Positions 1 through 14,765 of a DNA stretch of 64,000 nucleotides are shown here, piece by piece. The notes below the pieces were generated by a model. The model did no database searches. It was not told the origin of the DNA and saw only the letters and a list, made by a program, of their open reading frames with translations. Both the position numbers and the translations under genes were made by a program. This DNA comes from Eledone cirrhosa. Lineage: Eukaryota. Position 1 is the first letter of the stretch; each line of letters begins with the position of its first letter. The DNA lies in contig OZ024747.1 of assembly GCA_964016885.1 (NCBI GenBank), positions 11,656,001 through 11,720,000 on the forward strand, read 5' to 3'.

Positions 1-470
1 GCTCTCGCGTCTCCGCTCCAGGTAGTAAAGCCTTAATTTCTTCAGCCTCTTCCAGTAGCTCATCTCTTTCCTTGAGGCAATTCTCTTGGTGTAGCTTCGT
101 TGGATTGCTTCAAGTTCTGCAATTAGTTTGACACTGTTTGGCAACCACAGCTGAGAGCAATAGTCCAGTCGGCAGAGCACAAAAGTCCTCCAGAGGATCA
201 ATATGGTTTCCGAGTCTCTTGTTCTGAATGTCGTCAGAATACAACACGCCAGGCGTCTGCACATTGTCATCATTTTGGTGATGTCTCCATGAAACGATGC
301 ATCATTGCTCATCTTAATACCCAGGCCCTGTATTTTGACTCTGGGATTTTGATTCCTCCTGGTCCAGTGTACCTTTGTTGTGATGGTCCTATGTGAGTTG
401 ATAGCAGAGGGATTGAAACTTACCTGCATTAAATTGCGAATTGTTGTTTTCAGCCCATGGCATCTAAATC
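1..470 (-). mobile_element. CR1/L2-group LINE reverse transcriptase 3' region, decayed fragment running off the window start
   Basis: Minus-strand translation gives LDYCSQLW..NSVKLIAELEAIQRSYTKRIA..KEMSYWKRLKKLRLY.LERRRE, nearly identical to the 22338-23641 LINE; frameshifts and stops present. Confidence 0.85.
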
Positions 471-521
471 ATGTGGTATTTGTGCTACTTTCGTCTCATC
501 ACACACACACACATATATATA

Positions 522-561
<40 letters not shown>

Positions 562-911
562 TATTATTATATAGTTATACTTGGTGAGTGTCATATTGTT
601 CTAATAATATTGCCAGAAATAATAACAGAACACACTCACTGCATGTTTAATTGATAATAATTAAGGTTTTTCGCGTTTTCAATTAATCTGACGAGCATCA
701 AGCTAACTGTCGACCTATTTTCCGAAAATGGAATGGAATGAGGGGGGGCGAGTTGGAGGAGAATTTTGTGTACTTTTAACACATAGTTACTGTATCTTCG
801 TCCGTAATGTTATCAATATATATATAGAGAGAGAGGGATACACTACACCTCTCACTCTCAAACTACCTCCTCCTCTCACTAACTGAAATATTTGTTGTCA
901 ACTGGCCTGAC

Positions 912-977
<66 letters not shown>

Positions 978-1170
978 ATAGATATCTATATCCTTATAAA
1001 AAGGGAGTATATTTATATGTTCAACACTAAATAAAATTGATAATAATTAACGTTTTTCGGATGTTTTCAAATAATCTGACCGACATTATTGCTTCTGTGC
1101 GCGTACGTGCTTGTCTGTGCACGTTAGTGTGTGTGTGTGTGTGTGAATTCTTTTGTTTATATGTATATAT

Positions 1171-1281
1171 AACGAAGGAAATGTGGTAAGGAACCAGGTG
1201 GACCATAACGCACCAGAGTACGTTCAGACCTAGCTGTCGAAACGGCCGGAGCTCAGCCGTCGGGGTCCTGACTCTTTTCCG
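1171..1281. mobile_element. Short (TA)n-embedded fragment of the AACGAAGGAAATG family carrying a hammerhead 3' half
   Basis: Same left end as 27313, 44917 and 62858; contains GAAA-CGGC..GCCG-TC-GGGGTCC. Confidence 0.6.
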
Positions 1282-1420
1282 ATATATATATATATATATT
1301 CATTAGTTAAGCAAAACAAGACCACAAATTTCACAAGGAAGACATTATTAAAAAATTGTCAACATATTTTAGTTTGATGTAAGGAATGTAGAGAATAATA
1401 ATAATAATATTAATAATAAT

Positions 1421-1593
1421 TGTTTCTACTTTAGGCACAAGGCCAGCAATTACCCAGTGCAATACTGGCACTTTATTTTATCGACCCCGTAAGGATGAAA
1501 GGCAAAGTTAACCTCGACGGGATTTGAACTCAAACCGTAAAGGGACTTAACTATGCTAGAAAGCATGGCGTCCAACCCTCTACTGATACTGCC
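1421..1593 (-). mobile_element. tRNA-derived SINE family A (Deu/Nin-like central domain), full length, inserted in the left pLTR
   Basis: A-box/B-box-like head (GGCAGTATCAGTAG, GAGTTCAAATCC), GCCTTTCATCCTTACGGGGTCGATAAA core, (ATT)n tail; absent from the right pLTR. Confidence 0.85.
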
Positions 1594-2094
1594 AATAATG
1601 TCCGTTTACAATTGTTTCGCTACTCCATATAATATTTCTGGATCAAATGACTATATATCATTATTGATCTGGTTCAGTTGTAAATAATTAACATAGTTAA
1701 AGATAGAGCGGCTCATCGGAACTTCAAAGGAATATAAATTAAAATAAGGAAAGAATGTTACATAAATGTAATATTCCATATATTGGTATTTCACTATGGT
1801 GTCCTGGGTGTATCAATTGTCTGTCATAATCAAGCAGTATTCTTCTGTCGAGGCTACATTGTGTGAGATCTGCCTATGGGTAACAATATGGCTGCCAATG
1901 GACATATTTACCTTACTAATTAGAGGGTGGTTTCAGGGGAAGTAACTCCTCGAGAGATTAGAAATTCTGGGTAGTTTATAGTTAAGTGCTAATTTTTTTA
2001 ATTGAGAGACAATGTAAGGGAGGTAACTTATAATTATCTAAGTTAGTTATAACTATTTAACTTATTAGATACAAGTAAAAATGGGGCTAGATGA

Positions 2095-4105
2095 CTATGT
2101 TGGGTCAAATATTCTGTTGGCGAAGGAATTAGCCCTTCGATGTTGACAGCTAATAGTTACCTCCGTTCTATCGTTAATCGGTAGAGGTCGTGATAGAGTT
2201 ATGTAATATGCTTCGGTAATACAGAGATCACAAGATTTTCTTCGTCCATTGAACGGTTGGGCCTTAGCTAAGATATCCCTTGTTAGTGAGTGTTCAATGT
2301 TGGTTAATTTAAGGTTTTTAATGAGCCTAGCTAGAGATGTCGAACATCTGTTGTTAGGGTCTCGGAAGGAAAAAGAGTGCGAGTTATAGCGTACCTTAAA
2401 AGGGTTAGATGTAGACCCGATATAGGAGCTGGTATTCGAAGCAGTTTTAACCGTGCACCTATAGACTATGTTGGGTGTCAGGCAGTGTCCATTTAGTGGG
2501 CATGCATTAGGGTAACGGCAGTTGCAGTTGCTTCTGCGGTTAGTGAGAGTAGGGTAGTTTAACCTAAGCGGTTGGTCAGTGTTAGAAGGATTAGATGGGG
2601 GAGGTGTGCTACTAGAGTAATTATTGGTGTAGTGGCGTGGTGTATTTGATAGGGGTGGTGGTACCGCGGTGTGGGAGTTATACTGTCTTAGTTTATGATG
2701 GTTACTGAATGTGATGTGGCTAGCTAGGTTAGGTGTTGTGGATAATGAGATTTTAATGTTATTTTTATTAAAGAGTTTGTAATATCTATGGTTGGAGGGG
2801 GGAATGTTTAGATAGGATAAAGAAGAAGCGTTTAGGGATATTAGTGGCTAGATTAGATGAGAATGGGGGGGGGGGGGGTTAAGCCAGGTGATATTTCTAG
2901 GCCTATTCCTTCTAGGGGTTCTAGTGGAGTTGGTAAGGGCCTTCCTAGGGTTATTATTACCTGGGCATTTGTTATTTGTCATCCCATTGCTCATTCTTAT
3001 TCTAGGGTTGATTTTTAGTTTGCTACTTGGAGTGGGAAGCAGGCCGCTGCCACCATTAAAGTTCCATGTATAGGTGCTGTTACTGCTAAAATTCCGGCGA
3101 ATCTGGCTATATGCTAAGGTATTTCTAGTTCTAGTGTTAAGTTTATTATGATGAATTTCTGTGTTATGGCATTTAGGTATGTAGCAAATGGACTGTTCAT
3201 AACCAGATTCAGAAAGAGCCTTATTATAATATGGTGCATGGTTTATAAATATCTCCTCATTTGCTGATAGCATGGAGATCCTATACGAGATAGATTTGAT
3301 TACTGCTCTGATGACTGCCGGTGGGTGGTTAGAGTGTGGGCTAATATATGTAAGTATTTCACCTGGTTTATGGTAAGGGTAGTATAGGTTATTATTAAGA
3401 TCCAGGGTGACGTTTAGGAAGTTACTACTTTATGGTTCGGCTTAATGGTGATAGAGATACCGTTATTTTTAAAGAATCTATGTAATTGTTTTTTGAGCAA
3501 ATCAATGCCCCGATTAGTGCAATTGTGGACTGCAAATAGGGCGTCGTCCCTGTATATTCCGCCTTGCAAGGGTTGGATTTCGGCTCTGATGTTATGTAAT
3601 AGGTAAATTCCAACTAAATCGGTGATTTGCGCAGAGTCACTTGAGCCCATCGTGATGTCAAAGTTGTCTGTTCTGTCTTTTCTAGTCCAGAGTGCTCCGT
3701 TGAATTCAATGATGGTCTGCCTAGCCATAAGTATGATGTCAATATCATTATTGGTTATGTCTGAGTTGGTGCTGGCTAGGGTTAATGCTTTGTTGAGCAG
3801 TTCCGGGGTTATTGAAGCGTAATAGCTGTCAATGTCAAATTGGATGAACCTCATAGATTGCTTGGACCTTAGATCGGAGACCCATCTAATGACTTGGCCG
3901 GTGTTGGACCACAACTTGTAGGTGATATCATCCCGTAGCCCAGGGATGATCCTATCAAGGATGTTCTTACTGATACGACCCAGGTCAGATGTGGTTGGGC
4001 TTATAAGTCTAATAGATGGGTTCTCTATAAAGTTTGGCTTATGATCCTTGAGAGAGAACATTGGGGTTGTTGGTACATAAGGGTGGGTAAATCTATCCAG
4101 ATGCA
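2095..4105 (-). pseudogene. PLE polyprotein (reverse transcriptase + Cys-rich linker + C-terminal GIY-YIG endonuclease), frameshifted; probably Hydra-type PLE
   Basis: FIQFDIDSYYASI, TMGSSDSAQITDLVG and YRDDAL (RT); HSNHPP, RNITWLNPP, CNCRYPNACPLNGHCL, VYRCTVK..SYIGST (GIY-YIG) and CDLCITE; frameshifts near 3415 and 2870; stop at 2095-2097. Clade assignment is from recalled motifs. Confidence 0.88.
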
Positions 4106-4150
4106 ATTTATGTAACATTCTTTCCTTATTTTAATTTATATTCCTTTGAA

Positions 4151-4269
4151 GTTCTGATGAGCCGCTCTATCTTTAACTATGTTAATTATTTTCAACTGAA
4201 CCAGATCAATAATAATATATAGTCATTTGATCCAGAAATATTATATGGAGTAGCGAAACAATTGTAAAC
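4151..4269 (+). ncRNA. Type I hammerhead ribozyme motif in the PLE pLTR, with long stem II insertion
   Basis: GTT-CTGATGA(4154)-GCCGCTCTAT..ATGGAGTAGC-GAAA(4255)-CAATTG-TA-AAC; palindromic stem III. The mirror copy at ~1604-1722 has CCGATGA. Confidence 0.8.
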
Positions 4270-4549
4270 GGACATTATTATTATTAATATTATTATTATT
4301 ATTCTCTACATTCCTTACATCAAACTAAAATATGTTGACAATAATGTCTTCCTTGTAAAATTTGTGGTCTTATTTTGCTTAACTAATGAATATTTCCAGC
4401 TCTGTGCGCCTAACTTCTGCATGAACCCAGCCACCTAGCTGCTTTCCACTGCATATTGTACATTGAGCACATGCCTTTACACTTTGGCTTCTATCCTCCC
4501 CTATCTCCTCTCCTATCTCCATCTCTCTCTAAAATTAGTTACTCTTGAA

Positions 4550-4588
<39 letters not shown>

Positions 4589-5540
4589 AGTGGAAGCTTA
4601 GTAAAATCGAAGCTTTGGCTGTGGCCAAGCAAAGTCGACCTACAATAAGGAATGAGTAATAAAGCACTCAATAAGGGTAGGTCCTTAGAGTAATAACATT
4701 ACGTTTAAATAGCTTGACAAATTGAAAATTGCGGCAGGCAAAACCCAACCATACAATACCAAAACAACGAAAGAACTAATCAGGTTAAAACAACAGACCT
4801 GGACAGATCGAACGATATTCTGCAATACGTCCGATATGTTTCTATGAATCCGATATCATCAATCCAACTTACGTAACACTTGTGGTATTCCATGATCGAA
4901 CAAGGCACTCACTTCATCGACAGGCATTTCGTTCTTTTGCCTCAAACAGGTGTGAACTTTAACTCCATGCGACCACCACAATAGACAGCCTTCAATCATT
5001 TCGTTGTCACGTGTTATTTCCAACAAGGGAAGCAGCCCCGGTTTTTGGCGGGTAAATTCAAAATGTTAACAAAGGAAAATAATTCCGCTCAACATTCCGA
5101 ATAAAAGCTCTCAACGAGACGTTATTAAACAAACATAAATAATTAACCAATTAACAGAATTGTCTAATTAAATAAATTAATTAATTATTATATCTACGAG
5201 ATAATAATACAAGTGGAAGCTTAGTAAAATCAAAAACGGTATATATATTTGTCACATCTCTTAAATGTACCACCAGTTATAGCAAGTTGAGAAATTCTCC
5301 CCGTTGAACATGGTTTCAACATTAACACTGAGGCTGAAATGGAGGCGGCTATTTAAAGCTCCGGGTTGGTAACTTTGAATCTGCAGACGATATCGGCTCG
5401 TTGAAGAAGGAATTTGAAAACAGTCAAAAACAACTTGTCCCACAGGCTTCTACAGTCACAGATATGCCTATTAATTAACAGAGACAAAACAATCCGGTGT
5501 GATGTTACACAACCTTGAATTGAAGAAGAGCACAGTCACC

Positions 5541-5654
5541 TACTTGAAATAAAGTGTCTTGCTCAAGGACACAATGTTAAATAAAGTGTCTTGCTCAAGA
5601 ACACTGTGTGCATCTGGGAATCGAACTGACAACCTTACCACTAAACCACGTACC

Positions 5655-5657
<3 letters not shown>
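5541..5657 (-). mobile_element. tRNA-derived SINE family B fragment
   Basis: GAAATAAAGTGTCTTGCTCAAGAACAC..GGGAATCGAACT..ACCACTAAACCAC, shared with 37060-37170 and 44760-44860. Confidence 0.65.
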
Positions 5658-5702
<45 letters not shown>

Positions 5703-5899
5703 AACCCTATCAACAAGTGGTTCACTCGGTGTCCTAGAAATAAAAACTACATCTCCCTCCAAATTGCCTGAAAAGGAAGGACAGAAGGAGACTGGAGTAG
5801 TTTGTGTGAATATAAGACGGGATGGTCACGGCTGGAATGCTTCCATTAGGTCCAACAAGAACGACACTGCCACCACAAACACCTCAGTAAAAACAGAGA

Positions 5900-6870
5900 A
5901 GGAGGTGGTGTAGGAGGAGGGAGAGGATTAGAAGGCAAAGTGGGGGGAGGAGAGAAGGAAGAGTTTATGGAAGTGGGAGGTAAGAATAAGAGTAGGGGAG
6001 GAAGAGGGGATAAGGAAGAGTTTATGGGAGTGTGAGGTAAGAATAAGAGGAGGGGGAGGTAAGGATAACAGGAGAGGGGGGTCATAAAAAGTGGAAGGAG
6101 GAGTTTATGAAGCAATAAGGAACGGTGGGACGATTGTGATGAGGAGGAGGTAGGGGGAGGTGGGGGAGGTAGGAGGAAGTAGGGGAGGTAAGGGGAGGTG
6201 GAAGAGGAGTGAGGTGGGGGGGGGGGGGGGGGTAGTAGCGGTGGTGGAGGGAGTAGTAGTAAGAGGTGAAAGATTAGCAGTAGAAAAGGAGTGGAGAAGG
6301 TGGGGGGTAGCAGAGGAGGCGGAGGATGAGTAAGGAGGGGGGAATAAGAGGAGGAGGTGAGACAGTAGTAGGGGTAGAGGAGGAAGAGCAGCAGTAGCAG
6401 AGGAGGGGGAGGAACAGTATTAAGTGGGGGGAGGGAGAGGAGGAGGAATAGTAAGATGGAGGGGAGGAGGAGGGATAATAGTGGGAGAGGAAGGGGGAAC
6501 AATAAGATGGAGGGGAGGAGGGGGAATAGTATGAAGGAGGGGAGGAGGAGGGGGAACATTGTGAAGGAGGGGAGGGGGGACAGTAAGAAGGAGGGAGGAG
6601 GGGGGACAGTAAGAAGGAGGGAGGAGTGGGAACAGTAAGAAGGAGGGAGGAGTGGGGACAGTAAGAAGGAGGGAGGAGGGGGGATAGTAAGAAGGAGGGA
6701 GGAGGGGGACAGTAAGAAGGAGGGAGGAGGGGGGGACAGTAAAAGGAGGGGTGGAGGGGGGAACGTTATGAATGAGGGAGGAGGGGGGAACATTATGAAG
6801 GAGGGAGGAGGAGGGCATTATGAAGGAGGGAGGAGGGGGGACAGTAAGAAGAAGGGGAGGAGGAGGAAGA
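5900..6870. repeat. Purine-rich (GGA) low-complexity tract / ~25-bp minisatellite
   Basis: Repeating GGGGGACAGTAAGAAGGAGGGAGGA-type units. Confidence 0.85.
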
Positions 6871-7012
6871 TGCTGATAGGCTGAACATCTCAACACGACC
6901 AGGACATCTTGAAAGTGAGGTAGAAATATTGTATCATATTGTTACCATGACAACCGTCACTCACTCCTCTCTCTCTCTCTCTCTGTCTCTTTATCTCTCT
7001 CTCTCTCTCTCT

Positions 7013-7798
7013 GTATGGTTATGTCTGTGTGTCTGTGTGTCTGTGTGTCTGTGCGTGTGTGTGTATGTCTGTGAATGTCTGTGTCTGTGTCTGTGTGTAT
7101 GGCTATGTCTGTGTGTGTGTATGGTTATGTCTGTATGTGTGTATGGTTATGTCTGTGTGTGTGCATGGTTATGTATGTGTGTGTGTGTGTGTATGGCTAT
7201 GTCTGTGTGTGTGTGTATGGTTATGTCTGTGTGTGTGTGTGTATGGTTATGTCTGTGTGTGTGTGTATGGTTATGTCTGTGTGTGTGTGTGTGTATGGCT
7301 ATGTCTGTGTGTGTGTGTATGGTTATGTATGTGTGTGTGTGTGTATGGCTATGTCTGTGTGTGTGTATGGTTATGTCTGTGTGTGTGTATGGCTATGTCT
7401 GTGTGTGTGTATGGTTATGTCTGTGTGTGTGTATGGTTATGTCTGTGTGTGTGTGTGTGTATGGTTATGTCTGTGTGTGTGTATGGTTATGTGTGTGTGT
7501 GCATAGTTATGTCTGTGTGTGTGTATGGTTATGTCTGTATGTGTGTATGGTTATGTCTGTGTGTGTGTGTGTATGGTTATGTCTGTGTGTGTGTGTGTGT
7601 GTATGGCTATGTCTGTGTGTGTGTATGGTTATGTCAGTGTGTGTGTATGGCTATGTCTGTGTGTGTGTGTATGGCTATGTATGCGTGTGTGCGTATGGCT
7701 ATGTCTGTGTGTGTGTATGGTTATGTCTGTGTGTCTGTGTGTGTATGGTAATGTCTCTGTGTCTGTGTGTGTATGGTTATGCGTGCATGTGGTTATGG
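7013..7798. repeat. Minisatellite GTATGG(T/C)TATGTCT(GT)n
   Basis: Directly visible tandem units with variable GT length. Confidence 0.9.
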
Positions 7799-8131
7799 CC
7801 CGTAACCTAGCAGTTCATGAAAAAGAGATCGATAAAATATGTACCAAACTTGTAAAAATAATTGCAAAGACACTCAGACACACACACATATATATATATA
7901 TACATACATATATGTAAATATATATATATATACATACATATATGTAAATATATATATATGTATATACAGAGAGATATTATTATACTTGGGGAGGGTCATA
8001 TTGTTGTAATAATATTGCCAGAAATAATAACAGAACACACTCACTGTTTGGTTGGTTTTCGCTTCTGTATCTTTTATATCTCCATAGTTAATTTATTTGG
8101 CAATCAATGTTTATCATATATATATATATAC

Positions 8132-9885
<1,754 letters not shown>

Positions 9886-12054
9886 TATCGCTATTTCAGA
9901 GCATTTATTCCAATTTCTAATTTCTGCCGGACCGGCAACCGCTCTTTCAAACCAGTTCCTGTACACAGCTAAGTATTCTATAAGTCTCTAGCTGTGTCAT
10001 TCTCGATGAAAGCACTGGATATGTAGTCCTGACGATTTCTAACGAGAATGAAACGCGTAGACTTACTTCCCTTGCTTTTATCGAGAATCTAATTGTAATA
10101 CGTGACGTATTCTATTCTATAGCGATTAGGTCTTCAAAATGTTTATTATAAACATACAGAATATTTTCGAATATTCTATGTCTATATTCACATATATATC
10201 GCTATTTCAGAGCATTTATTCCAATTTCTAATTTCTGCCGGACCGGCAACCGCTCTTTCAAACCAGTTCCTGTACACAGCTAAGTATTCTATAAGTCTCT
10301 AGCTGTGTCATTCTCGATGAAAGCACTGGATATGTAGTCCTGACGATTTCTAACGAGAATGAAACGCGTAGACTTACTTCCCTTGCTTTTATCGAGAATC
10401 TAATTGTAATACGTGACGGATTCTATTCTATAGCGATTAGGTCTTCAAAATGTTTATTATAAACATACAGAATATTTTCGAATATTCTATGTCTATATTC
10501 ACATATATATCGCTATTTCAGAGCATTTATTCCAATTTCTAATTTCTGCCGGACCGGCAACCGCTCTTTCAAACCAGTTCCTGTACACAGCTAAGTATTC
10601 TATAAGTCTCTAGCTGTGTCATTCTCGATGAAAGCACTGGATATGTAGTCCTGACGATTTCTAACGAGAATGAAACGCGTAGACTTACTTCCCTTGCTTT
10701 TATCGAGAATCTAATTGTAATACGTGACGTATTCTATTCTATAGCGATTAGGTCTTCAAAATGTTTATTATAAACATACAGAATATTTTCGAATATTCTA
10801 TGTCTATATTCACATATATATCGCTATTTCAGAGCATTTATTCCAATTTCTAATTTCTGCCGGACCGGCAACCGCTCTTTCAAACCAGTTCCTGTACACA
10901 GCTAAGTATTCTATAAGTCTCTAGCTGTGTCATTCTCGATGAAAGCACTGGATATGTAGTCCTGACGATTTCTAACGAGAATGAAACGCGTAGACTTACT
11001 TCCCTTGCTTTTATCGAGAATCTAATTGTAATACGTGACGTATTCTATTCTATAGCGATTAGGTCTTCAAAATGTTTATTATAAACATACAGAATATTTT
11101 CGAATATTCTATGTCTATATTCACATATATATCGCTATTTCAGAGCATTTATTCCAATTTCTAATTTCTGCCGGACCGGCAACCGCTCTTTCAAACCAGT
11201 TCCTGTACACAGCTAAGTATTCTATAAGTCTCTAGCTGTGTCATTCTCGATGAAAGCACTGGATATGTAGTCCTGACGATTTCTAACGAGAATGAAACGC
11301 GTAGACTTACTTCCCTTGCTTTTATCGAGAATCTAATTGTAATACGTGACGTATTCTATTCTATAGCGATTAGGTCTTCAAAATGTTTATTATAAACATA
11401 CAGAATATTTTCGAATATTCTATGTCTATATTCACATATATATCGCTATTTCAGAGCATTTATTCCAATTTCTAATTTCTGCCGGACCGGCAACCGCTCT
11501 TTCAAACCAGTTCCTGTACACAGCTAAGTATTCTATAAGTCTCTAGCTGTGTCATTCTCGATGAAAGCACTGGATATGTAGTCCTGACGATTTCTAACGA
11601 GAATGAAACGCGTAGACTTACTTCCCTTGCTTTTATCGAGAATCTAATTGTAATACGTGACGTATTCTATTCTATAGCGATTAGGTCTTCAAAATGTTTA
11701 TTATAAACATACAGAATATTTTCGAATATTCTATGTCTATATTCACATATATATCGCTATTTCAGAGCATTTATTCCAATTTCTAATTTCTGCCGGACCG
11801 GCAACCGCTCTTTCAAACCAGTTCCTGTACACAGCTAAGTATTCTATAAGTCTCTAGCTGTGTCATTCTCGATGAAAGCACTGGATATGTAGTCCTGACG
11901 ATTTCTAACGAGAATGAAACGCGTAGACTTACTTCCCTTGCTTTTATCGAGAATCTAATTGTAATACGTGACGTATTCTATTCTATAGCGATTAGGTCTT
12001 CAAAATGTTTATTATAAACATACAGAATATTTTCGAATATTCTATGTCTATATT
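9886..12054 (+). mobile_element. 311-bp hammerhead-containing tandem array (retrozyme-like), right block, ~7 units, ribozyme sense on plus strand
   Basis: Reverse complement of the left block; HHRs start at 10023, 10334, 10645, 10956, 11267, 11578 and 11889. Confidence 0.9.
10023..10066 (+). ncRNA. Minimal type I hammerhead ribozyme (representative of 12 copies in the array)
   Basis: GTAGTC-CTGACGA-TTTCT-AACG-AGAAT-GAAA-CGCG-TA-GACTTAC; intact core, palindromic CGCG stem III, predicted cleavage after A10059 (GUA). Confidence 0.9.
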
Positions 12055-12105
<51 letters not shown>

Positions 12106-12108
<3 letters not shown>

Positions 12109-12537
12109 AATATTAAAACAATGAAATTAAACACAAAACTGTTAATTCATAGTAAAACTCATTATTTTACGATCGTTTCTCGGGCATAGTTTCCTGCATG
12201 TTCATTCAATTATTGATCTATGTAAAACATATTACAAAATATCATAGTAAGAAAAAAATACATACGTCGTAATATGTTTTACATAGATCAATAATTGAAT
12301 GAACATGCAGGAAACTAACCCACAGAAACGATCGTAAAATAATGAGTCTTACTATGAATTAACAGTTTTGTGTTTAATTTCATTGTTTTAATATTTCTAT
12401 TTTGACTCTGTATCCAATTGAATTATATAGTTGAAAATTTTGTATTTTAAACTTTGCTTCACGACATCTTCTACATACGGATTACATTGAGTTCTTCATA
12501 CGGTTTAGACTCTACCATTGATTGGTAGATTTATCTG

Positions 12538-12538
<1 letters not shown>
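12106..12538. mobile_element. Inverted-pair pLTR-like fragment with hammerhead 3' half
   Basis: ~130-bp arms (about 12106-12235 and 12269-12398) are reverse complements; GAAA-CGATCG-TA at ~12325; flanked by (TA)n/(GA)n. Confidence 0.7.
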
Positions 12539-12568
<30 letters not shown>

Positions 12569-12570
12569 GA

Positions 12571-12623
<53 letters not shown>

Positions 12624-12667
12624 AATATATATGTATATATATATGTATATATATATATATGTATATA

Positions 12668-12746
<79 letters not shown>

Positions 12747-12851
12747 ATACATATATATATATGTATAAATGTATATACATATATATATATATGTATAAAT
12801 GTATATATATATATATGTGTATATATGTATATATATATATATATGTATATA

Positions 12852-12884
<33 letters not shown>

Positions 12885-12929
12885 ATATATATATATGTGT
12901 ATATATGTATATGTATATATGTATATATA

Positions 12930-13048
12930 GTAATAATAATAAATTTGAAGACTAAAAACCAAAGAGGGTTCGATAAGGATAAATATATATCAAATATATA
13001 AGAACCGTAGAGCAAATATTTATTAAACTTTAATCTGTTATTTTAATA
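12930..13048. mobile_element. Fragment of the CAGAAGA-hammerhead family (3' tail, with short inversion)
   Basis: Matches 21831-21925 and then inverts to AAACTTTAATCTGTTATTTTAATA. Confidence 0.75.
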
Positions 13049-13056
13049 TATATATG

Positions 13057-13181
<125 letters not shown>

Positions 13182-13365
13182 ATGATATTAATAAATGGAA
13201 ACCCACACAGACATATATATACATATATACATATGTACATAGATATATACATATATATATATATATAGGGCTAACCTAGGGTACTAAATACCCAGGTACA
13301 CATTGTAGGGCTAACCTAGGGTAGTAAATACCCAACTACATATTGTAGGGCTAGTTAATATTATT

Positions 13366-13543
13366 GGCAGTATCGGTAGAGGGTCGGACGCCATGCTTTC
13401 CACCATAGTTACGTCCCTTTACGGTCAGAGTTCAAATCCCGCTGAGATTGACTTTGCCTTTCATTCTTACGGGGTCGATAAAATAAAGTACCAGTAATGT
13501 ACTGGGTAATTGCTGGCCTTGTGCCAAAAAGCAGAAACAATTA
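13366..13543 (+). mobile_element. SINE family A, full length
   Basis: GGCAGTATCGGTAGAGGGTCGGACGCC..GAGTTCAAATCC..GGGGTCGATAAAATAAAGTACCAG..GAAACAATTAT. Confidence 0.85.
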
Positions 13544-13559
13544 TATAGTCAGTGTTCCA

Positions 13560-13830
13560 GTTAATACGATAAATAGGACCAGCCTGCTCGAGAAATTAAC
13601 GTGTAACTGGCTGAGCATTCCACAAACTTATGTACATTTAACGTTATTCTCAGGGAGATTCAGCATGATTATTTGTCAAACTAGCCGTTTGAATTACTGG
13701 TACAATCAATATTGCATTATGGTGTAAGTGGCTGAGCATTCCACAGACACGTGCATCCTTAACAGAATTCTCAGGGAGATTTAGCAGGATACAGTATTTA
13801 TCAAGGCTAGTGTTTGAATTACTGGTACAG
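13560..13830. mobile_element. SINE-derived segment (GTGGCTGAGCATTCCACAGACACG family), internally duplicated
   Basis: Two tandem partial copies; related to 31170-31430 and 54160-54270. Confidence 0.6.
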
Positions 13831-13859
13831 TTCGTCTAACGGTCTTCCACATCTCTGTC

Positions 13860-14222
13860 TAGTCTCAGGTCTCAAATAATCCCCCCCCCCCGTTTATTAA
13901 TTTTTCAGATATCACCCCGCCCTCCCCCGCCCGCTTATTAAAATTTTAAAATTTGCTAATCTACCTCCGGCGAAATATTATTTTAACTAGTAGCATTCCT
14001 GCGACAATTAATTTTCTTTATACATTAAAAAAACATATATAACAAAAAAAATAAAATAAAAAATCCATTACTAGAAATCTCATGTAATAAAATAAATAGG
14101 ATGCGTTGGCGTCTCAATATGTAAACTAAACGACCAATTCTGGTTTTAAAAAGTCGACGGAGACAACCTAGGAAAATTACCCCCACCTTCACCCCCACCA
14201 TATTATTTGGGACCCGAGAGTA
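13860..14222. mobile_element. Non-autonomous TA-flanked DNA transposon (Tc1/mariner-like MITE)
   Basis: Imperfect TIRs TAGTCTCAGGTCTCAAATAAT / ATTATTTGGGACCCGAGAGTA. Confidence 0.6.
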
Positions 14223-14508
14223 CCTAATTTCACTGACGAGGTATAAGTCCACCCAAGGCTATGGTAAATGGCAATTGTCTAAGATGTCACTCAGTGGGAT
14301 TGAACCTGGGACCTAATAGTTTTTGAAGGGGACCATTCGGCCCGCCTGCATCCAGCATATATAAATAGGGTGTCCATAAATTATAGTTGTAACTTGAAAA
14401 TATAATGTAGGTGTGTGTGTGTGTATTATATATATATACGCGTATATAATGTGTGCGTGCATGTATATGTATGTATACATACTTGTATGAATGTATATAT
14501 GTATGCAT

Positions 14509-14544
<36 letters not shown>

Positions 14545-14699
14545 GAATGAATGTCTGCATTATGTAAGTACAAATAGATATGCGTGTGTAAATATGTGTG
14601 TATATATGTTTGCGGGGGCGCTTTTGTGGGCGTGTGTGAGCAGATGTCAATGTATGTGCGTGTGTATATATATGAATATATGTATGTATGCATATGTAT

Positions 14700-14765
<66 letters not shown>

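Larger units (their letters stand above)
1296..4393 (-). mobile_element. Penelope-like element (PLE), 5'-truncated, with inverted pseudo-LTRs (1296-1767 and 4106-4393)
   Basis: RT and GIY-YIG coding remnants on the minus strand; ~290-bp terminal segments are reverse complements of each other (left one interrupted by a SINE); the pLTR carries a hammerhead motif. Confidence 0.92.

Noticed and set aside
685-735. CTGACGA-GC-ATCAA-GC hammerhead-like start
   Set aside because: No GAAA adjacent to the stem and no closing stems; it lies in an unclassified repeat also seen at ~1035 and ~7980.
4106-4118. ATG start of the 234-aa RT ORF
   Set aside because: The ATG lies in the inverted pLTR junction; the RT is 5'-truncated, so this is not a native start.
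13366-13445. tRNA gene
   Set aside because: The A/B-box-like head continues into a SINE body present in about ten copies; no complete cloverleaf.
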